From positions 192,001-256,000 of the forward strand of contig CAVUWV010000014.1 of NCBI GenBank assembly GCA_963745075.1: DNA of 64,000 bases, given 5' to 3'. Below the pieces are notes generated by a model, which saw only the letters and a program-made list of their open reading frames with translations, had not been told where the DNA came from and did not search any database. Shown one piece after another: positions 58,935-64,000 of this stretch. The translations under genes and the position numbers were made by a program. How positions within the stretch are numbered: position 1 is the stretch's first letter; every line of letters starts with the position of its first letter. The DNA is from Candidatus Hydrogenedentota bacterium. Its GTDB lineage: Bacteria; Hydrogenedentota; Hydrogenedentia; Hydrogenedentales; SLHB01.

Positions 58935-59447
58935 GTGAGAATCGTTTTATCGGCTCTATTATGTGTTTTTGTCGTTTCCTGCGCTTCGGATTCCGGAAGC
59001 GTCGTCGAGAAGGTCAAATACGATTTTGGCATTGGCGAGAAGCCGGAGGGCTACGAAAGCGGATCCGACCGGGTCATGTCACGCTTGGACGGCGTCGGAA
59101 AGACAGAAATGAAGCGCATGAACCTGGAAGGACGGCACGGCGAGGTCAAATTCCAGGAAGAGGGAAACCTCGGCGGTAAGTACTACAAGGAAGTGAAAAT
59201 GTACGAAGATTTCCGTCCCATGGATGCCCGCGCGGTGACCCGCACGACTCACGGCGAACGCGGGTATGTGGGCTACATCCAGTACGATTTCCAGGTGTTT
59301 CAGAGCCCACGCACGGCCAACCGCGTCGAAGCGGAAGCTTCGTCGGCGAATATTCGAACCGATATCTCGGGACGCGAAACGTACCGATACAATTTTAGTG
59401 CTTCTGGAGCGTGGGACGGGGCGCCCGGGGAGCAGACGCGCGATTAA
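58935..59447 (+). CDS. hypothetical lipoprotein
   Basis: GGGAG RBS, GTG start, lipobox VVSC. Confidence 0.75.
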   Translation: MRIVLSALLCVFVVSCASDSGSVVEKVKYDFGIGEKPEGYESGSDRVMSRLDGVGKTEMKRMNLEGRHGEVKFQEEGNLGGKYYKEVKMYEDFRPMDARAVTRTTHGERGYVGYIQYDFQVFQSPRTANRVEAEASSANIRTDISGRETYRYNFSASGAWDGAPGEQTRD

Positions 59448-59508
59448 TCGCGCATTTGCGGCGCGCCTTCAAACCGCAACAACGAACGGATCGAGTCAGG
59501 GGGGCTTC

Positions 59509-60945
59509 ATGAATTCAGTACCATCAACGCGCCAGGGGTATGTCATTCTGGCCGTTCTGGCCGGAACGTTTCTGGCCTTTGCGGGTCCGCTCAAGGACTA
59601 CGTCAATTTGCCCGATCCGTCGTACCGGTACAGTTGCGTAAAGACAATTCCCGGACCCGGCGTCACGACCTACGTTCTGGATATGACGTCTCAGACGTGG
59701 AAAGAGGGCGAGGTTGCCCCGTCGAAATGGGAACACTGGGTTTCCATCATCGTACCGGACAACGTAAAGCACGAAACCGCCCTGTTACTGGTCTCCGGCG
59801 GGAACAACAAGCACGATCGCATCCCCGACGATGTGCCCGCGCCCGTCCTCATGATTGCCATGCAGACCCAATCGATCGTCGCGATTCTACAGGGGGTACC
59901 CTGCGAACCGGTGTCGTTTCGGGACGAACAGCGCACCCGTTCGGAAGACGAGATTATTGCCTACACCTACAACAAATACCTGGAGACGGGCGATCCCACG
60001 TGGCCGCTCCTTTGTCCCATGGTCAAGAGTGCTGTCCGTGCGATGGACTCCGTTCAAGAGTATTGCGGCCAGCGGGCGGAGACGAAGCATCAGATCAACA
60101 GCTTCGTCGTGACCGGCGCCTCGAAGCGCGGTTGGACCACGTGGCTGACAGGAGCCGTCGACGACCGCGTTATAGCCATCGCGCCCATCGTGATTGACAT
60201 GCTCAACCTGGACGAGCAGATGCCGCGGCAACTCAGCTACTACGGCGTTTACAGCGAGGCAATTCAAGACTACACGGACTTCGACATCCAAAGTAAAATG
60301 GCAGGCGGGGAAGGTCAGGAACTTCTGAAGATTGTCGATCCCTACGAGTACCGCGACCAGCTTACCATGCCGAAACTCGTTCTACTCGCGTCCGGCGACC
60401 AATATTGGACCATAGACGCGGCGGAATTGTATTACCCCGGCCTGAAAGGGGAAAAGCACATCCGCTACGAGGCCAATGCGGACCACAGCGTCGACCGCGA
60501 TCAAAATACCATTAAAGCCCTTGCGGCTTTCTACGACAACATCATCAATGACCGGCCGAATCCCGAGTTCACGTGGGACATGAAGCCGGATGGCAGCTTT
60601 GTCGTCACCCCTCAGGATACGCCGGTCGCGGCACGCCTTTGGACTGCCCACGCCCCCACGAAGGATTTCCGGCTCCGTACCATCGGGTCCGGATGGGAAA
60701 GTTCGGATTTGACGCCGGCTGCCGACGGCACGTATTCCGGGAAAGTCGACGTTCCGGAGGAGGGATTCGTCGCCTACTACGTCGAACTCGAGTATCCCAG
60801 CGCGTTGGGCTACAACTACACGCTGACCACCACGGCCACGATTCCGGGGCAGGGGGGCGGTGTGAATTCCATCCTCGTTCTCGCACTGTCGGCCTTGGTG
60901 CTGCTGGTGTTGGCCGGCGTCATCGTCAAGATGGTCCGAAGCTGA
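59509..60945 (+). CDS. PqaA (PhoPQ-activated pathogenicity-related) family alpha/beta-hydrolase-like protein
   Basis: MTSQTW, W.HWV.I..P, EDEIIAYT, PMVKSAVRAMD, GASKRGWTTW; C-terminal TM. Confidence 0.88.
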   Translation: MNSVPSTRQGYVILAVLAGTFLAFAGPLKDYVNLPDPSYRYSCVKTIPGPGVTTYVLDMTSQTWKEGEVAPSKWEHWVSIIVPDNVKHETALLLVSGGNNKHDRIPDDVPAPVLMIAMQTQSIVAILQGVPCEPVSFRDEQRTRSEDEIIAYTYNKYLETGDPTWPLLCPMVKSAVRAMDSVQEYCGQRAETKHQINSFVVTGASKRGWTTWLTGAVDDRVIAIAPIVIDMLNLDEQMPRQLSYYGVYSEAIQDYTDFDIQSKMAGGEGQELLKIVDPYEYRDQLTMPKLVLLASGDQYWTIDAAELYYPGLKGEKHIRYEANADHSVDRDQNTIKALAAFYDNIINDRPNPEFTWDMKPDGSFVVTPQDTPVAARLWTAHAPTKDFRLRTIGSGWESSDLTPAADGTYSGKVDVPEEGFVAYYVELEYPSALGYNYTLTTTATIPGQGGGVNSILVLALSALVLLVLAGVIVKMVRS

Positions 60946-60961
60946 CAGCGCTCATCTTAAA

Positions 60962-60983
60962 GTAGATGCGGCTTCCAGCCGCA
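60962..60983 (+). repeat. single GTAG-type REP-like palindrome
   Basis: GTAG-A-TGCGGC-ttcca-GCCGCA just after the stop codon; only one copy seen. Confidence 0.45.
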
Positions 60984-61028
60984 GTGGTTCTTCGTGCGAT
61001 ACGGCGGCTCGAGCATATCAACGCGATC

Positions 61029-61150
61029 CGTATCCTCTTAATCGTACTCGAAGTTACAAAGCGTCTTGGTACAGCGAAACATTAATGCGCTCGGATGGCC
61101 AACGCATATATATATTCCGGCTTGACAATCCGAGTACGAGAACGATTACG
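61029..61150. repeat. inverted pair of hexamer-periodic arms (TCGTAC/GAGTAC), degenerate
   Basis: taatcgtactcgaa (to 61052) versus ccgagtacgagaacgattacg (61130-61150); same unit as 7300-7434. Confidence 0.6.
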
Positions 61151-61227
61151 TGAGATCAACTACGGCTGCGCGTAAATGTAATCTGCTGTGACGTTATCCC
61201 GGGGAGTAACCCCACTGCGAACCGGGT

Positions 61228-62262
61228 CTACTTTTTCGGGGCGTCAGCGGATTTTGGCCCCGCCGGTATGGGTTCCCCAAACACGCGGCGTCCGGTCTCC
61301 GTTGCGGGGAAGCGGCTACCGGACTTTACGAACTTCACGTGTCCATCCATGTACCCCACGTTGATTCCCATGCCCTGATTCGGAATTCCATCTTTCGGCA
61401 CGGCTTCGAACATCACCGGAATCTCGGATTGCGCCTGGTCGGACCCGGCAGGGTTGTTGATGTCGGTAATGAGAAAGCGCTCGACACCTTCCCGAAGGTG
61501 ATAAAACGCCTTGTGTTGTGTAACGAGATCGCCATGAGGTGTTTCCTCGGGGTTGTTGCGCAGGATCTCATCCAGCGCCGCCGCGTCCGCATCGTTCGCC
61601 ATGCTCCAGCCGGTGTACACATAGCTCTTCGCGGCGATTCGGGTGATCTCGCGCCAGTCCACCGGTGTTTCTCTCACTAACTCGTGGAGCCGCTCGGACA
61701 GATCCCGGGCGCCGGGGAGCGACGGATTTACCAGGACGTTGAGATCGGTCAGATACTCCGGGTAGACGCGCTCAATGTCGAACATCCACAGCCCGTCATA
61801 CGGAGTCATGGGCGGATACACCTCGCCGGGGCTTTCGTTCGCGTACATCTTCATCACAAGCGCGAGCTGTTTCAGGTTGCTTTGGCTCGAGGCCCGGCGG
61901 GATGCTTCGCGGGCTCGCGTCAAGGCCGGAAGCAGTATCGCGGTTATGACTCCTACTGCGACGAGCAAGACAGCCGCTTCCGCGAAGATCACGCGAGCCC
62001 GCCGCTGCTTCTTACGGCGTAGCGCTTCCTCATCGTCGCGCACCGCGGCGAGCGTACGGCCCGCAAGCCCGGTCGGTGGCGGCGTTTCAGGCAGCGCGTC
62101 CAACATCGTTAGTGACTCGCGTTGGCGCTCCAACTCGACTTGCCATGCCGGGTCCTCCGACAGCGCGGTTTCCACGCGCGCGACTTCGCCGGACTCGAGC
62201 GTGCCAAGCAAGTAGGCCCGCAACACTTCAACGCGCTCGCTATGGTTTTGGGGCTCGATCAT
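61228..62262 (-). CDS. putative anti-sigma factor fused to pilin-like DUF1559 domain
   Basis: Anti-sigma-like N-terminus (LRAYLLGTLE..E..RVE..L), TM, LLPALTRAREASRRASSQSNLKQ..MYANES, C-terminal NVGYMDGHVKF; overlaps the ECF stop. Confidence 0.8.
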   Translation of the reverse strand: MIEPQNHSERVEVLRAYLLGTLESGEVARVETALSEDPAWQVELERQRESLTMLDALPETPPPTGLAGRTLAAVRDDEEALRRKKQRRARVIFAEAAVLLVAVGVITAILLPALTRAREASRRASSQSNLKQLALVMKMYANESPGEVYPPMTPYDGLWMFDIERVYPEYLTDLNVLVNPSLPGARDLSERLHELVRETPVDWREITRIAAKSYVYTGWSMANDADAAALDEILRNNPEETPHGDLVTQHKAFYHLREGVERFLITDINNPAGSDQAQSEIPVMFEAVPKDGIPNQGMGINVGYMDGHVKFVKSGSRFPATETGRRVFGEPIPAGPKSADAPKK

Positions 62263-62873
62263 TCGAAAAACTCGCTCAATTCCTGCATCAAAATTCGAAC
62301 GGCCGTGTTCATGCGCGACTTCACGGTGCCCACGGGAATCCCGAGGCTCTCGCTAATCTCGTCATACGCCATGCCGTCGTAACGCGCCATCAGAAAGACC
62401 ATCCGATGCTTCGTGGAAAGCCGTCCCATCGCCGCTTCCAAACGGTCGCGGACTTCCGCCTCCCGGACCTGTGCATCGGGCCCGGCGTGGCCGTCCGGGA
62501 TTCGATCGCCAATGGTTTGCCCAGACTCGTTCGAACCGCTGGGACTATTCAACGAAACGCCCAACCGTCGCCTCAGATAGCGCATGCGGTCATGGCAGCA
62601 ATTGGTCGCAATGCGATACAACCACGGCCGCAGGGGCGACGCCGGGTCATAGCGGTCGCGGGACCGGTGCAAGCGCAGCATGGTCTCCTGAAACACGTCC
62701 TCGGCCTCCGCGGCATTGCCGGTCATTCGCCTCAGGTAGTTGAACAAGGGCGACTCATAGCGGCGCACGAGTTTCCCGAAAGCTTCGAAGTCGCCCTGCT
62801 GCGCGGCGGCCATGAGCGATTCGTCCGTGGGCTCCACGGCACGGCCTTTCTCTTCAGGATACGCCTTATCCAT
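62259..62873 (-). CDS. ECF sigma-70 factor
   Basis: DESLM..GD.EAF..LVRRY, AEDVFQET, WLYRIATN, YDEISESLGIPVGTVKSRM. Confidence 0.95.
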   Translation of the reverse strand: MDKAYPEEKGRAVEPTDESLMAAAQQGDFEAFGKLVRRYESPLFNYLRRMTGNAAEAEDVFQETMLRLHRSRDRYDPASPLRPWLYRIATNCCHDRMRYLRRRLGVSLNSPSGSNESGQTIGDRIPDGHAGPDAQVREAEVRDRLEAAMGRLSTKHRMVFLMARYDGMAYDEISESLGIPVGTVKSRMNTAVRILMQELSEFFE

Positions 62874-62882
62874 CGTTCGGGT

Positions 62883-63344
62883 TCATTCTCGCCGTTCAAC
62901 ATGTGCGCGTGGTACGACTGCCAAGGTCACCGTCGCGCGGGCGATATGTGCTTCCGCGCGGTCGCTTTCCGAGAACACATCCGATTGCACGACGATTAAG
63001 CGGCTTCCGTTGCGAACCACCTCGGATCGGCAGCGTAGTGCGTTTCCCGACCCCGGCCGGAGTAGATTGATGGAGTATCCGATACTTAACACGATTTCAT
63101 CCGGCGCGATGAGGGACGTGCCGGCGGAACCGGCCGTATGATCGGCCAGCGTGGCCACGGCGCCTCCGTGGACGACCCCGTTCTGCTGCAGGTGGAACTG
63201 GTCCAGCGGCATCACCGCCTCGCACCATCCCGGTCCGAAGTCTCCTCGCACGATCCCCAAGTGCCCGACGAAGGGCGCATCGCCAAAACTGTCCTCAACC
63301 CGCTTTCGATAGTTTGGATTGCGGGATTTGAATTCGTCAATCAT
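62883..63344 (-). CDS. PaaI family thioesterase
   Basis: HLQQNGVVHGGAVATLAD hotdog motif, INLLRPG. Confidence 0.92.
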   Translation of the reverse strand: MIDEFKSRNPNYRKRVEDSFGDAPFVGHLGIVRGDFGPGWCEAVMPLDQFHLQQNGVVHGGAVATLADHTAGSAGTSLIAPDEIVLSIGYSINLLRPGSGNALRCRSEVVRNGSRLIVVQSDVFSESDRAEAHIARATVTLAVVPRAHVERRE

Positions 63345-63492
63345 AGTCCTTCCCTTCCCACGTGCCGTTCGCCTTAGAATAGCGCGTCCGGCCCTAAGGT
63401 TTCACTTCTCCGTGTATATCATTGACGTGATACGGTCGGCGCGCATAGCATGACGCGAGACGAAAGTGCGGCACGAGGCTGTCAACGAGGAC

Positions 63493-64000
63493 ATGGATGT
63501 GAAACGCGAGAAGTTACATGCACCGGAAAGCCTGCTGCTGTTGCTGGTGCTGGGCCTTTTCGGGCTAGTTGCGTGTCCATTCGGCCGGAAAGCGGTGGAC
63601 GACGTCACCGTTTCGCCGTCTGTCATTGATATGGGAACCAGTCAAGTCGAGACGACGGTGAATATCACTCCGGTATCCGCGCGCGTCGCGCGCAGCGCGT
63701 TTACCGTGGAGACGGCGGAGCCCTGGATTGACGTCTCGCCAAAATTCGGTACTCTGGCCGAATCCGGTGTCCCCGTGCCGATCGCGGTTACCGTCGTTCG
63801 CGCGAAGATGCACGCCAGCGGCGACCAAGGGGCCGTGTCCATCGCCGTTTCCGGAGAAACGGTGCGAACGGTTGCGGTCCGAGCCGAAGCCATCCTGGCT
63901 GCCGATTTTCAGGTCTCCGATACGGATGCACTGGAAGATCACCCCATTGCGTTCAGTGACCGATCCAGCGTGATCACCGGTTCGGCCCCGATCGAACGCT
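63493..64000 (+). CDS. lipoprotein with BACON-like and PKD-like Ig domains (partial, runs off the window end)
   Basis: Hand translation: GAGG RBS, lipobox LVAC, AEPWIDVSP..G, then AADFQVS..IAFSDRS; no stop before 64000. Confidence 0.7.
   Translation, partial: MDVKREKLHAPESLLLLLVLGLFGLVACPFGRKAVDDVTVSPSVIDMGTSQVETTVNITPVSARVARSAFTVETAEPWIDVSPKFGTLAESGVPVPIAVTVVRAKMHASGDQGAVSIAVSGETVRTVAVRAEAILAADFQVSDTDALEDHPIAFSDRSSVITGSAPIER

Noticed and set aside
1..64000. CRISPR array, rRNA, tRNA, transposase or integrase
   Set aside because: No regularly spaced direct repeats with spacers, no cloverleaf or rRNA signatures, and no DDE/HUH/recombinase ORF seen

Overview
A GC-rich bacterial chromosomal segment. 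The DUF1559 protein with a MYANES motif, the sulfatases and the PqaA-family protein suggest a Ca. Hydrogenedentes/PVC-like organism; this is inference only. Housekeeping content: lipA, a free lipoyl domain, hom, thrC, trpB2, araD, dusB, pdhC-lpdA, mutL-miaA, ygfA, an arfB-like gene, and a sigma54/sigma28-driven flagellar operon flgFGAHIJ-N-L that lacks flgM and flgK. Carbohydrate and envelope genes include two sulfatases, a six-hairpin glycosidase-like protein, a beta-helix protein, a sugar ABC transporter and a YfhO-like protein. The most unusual items are: (i) a ~895-aa ECF sigma factor fused to a multi-pass membrane region and a prenyltransferase-beta-like domain; (ii) an ECF sigma whose putative anti-sigma carries an apparently non-cleavable pilin-like DUF1559 domain; (iii) three fixed-length (158-159 bp) inverted-repeat elements and several hexamer/heptamer repeat elements in operon spacers; (iv) a triplicated ABC-permease locus with an ATPase-permease fusion scar; (v) three single-base frameshifts within ~7 kb; (vi) candidate structured RNAs. 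I saw no rRNA, tRNA, CRISPR array or transposase. All calls come from reading motifs by eye; no searches were run.
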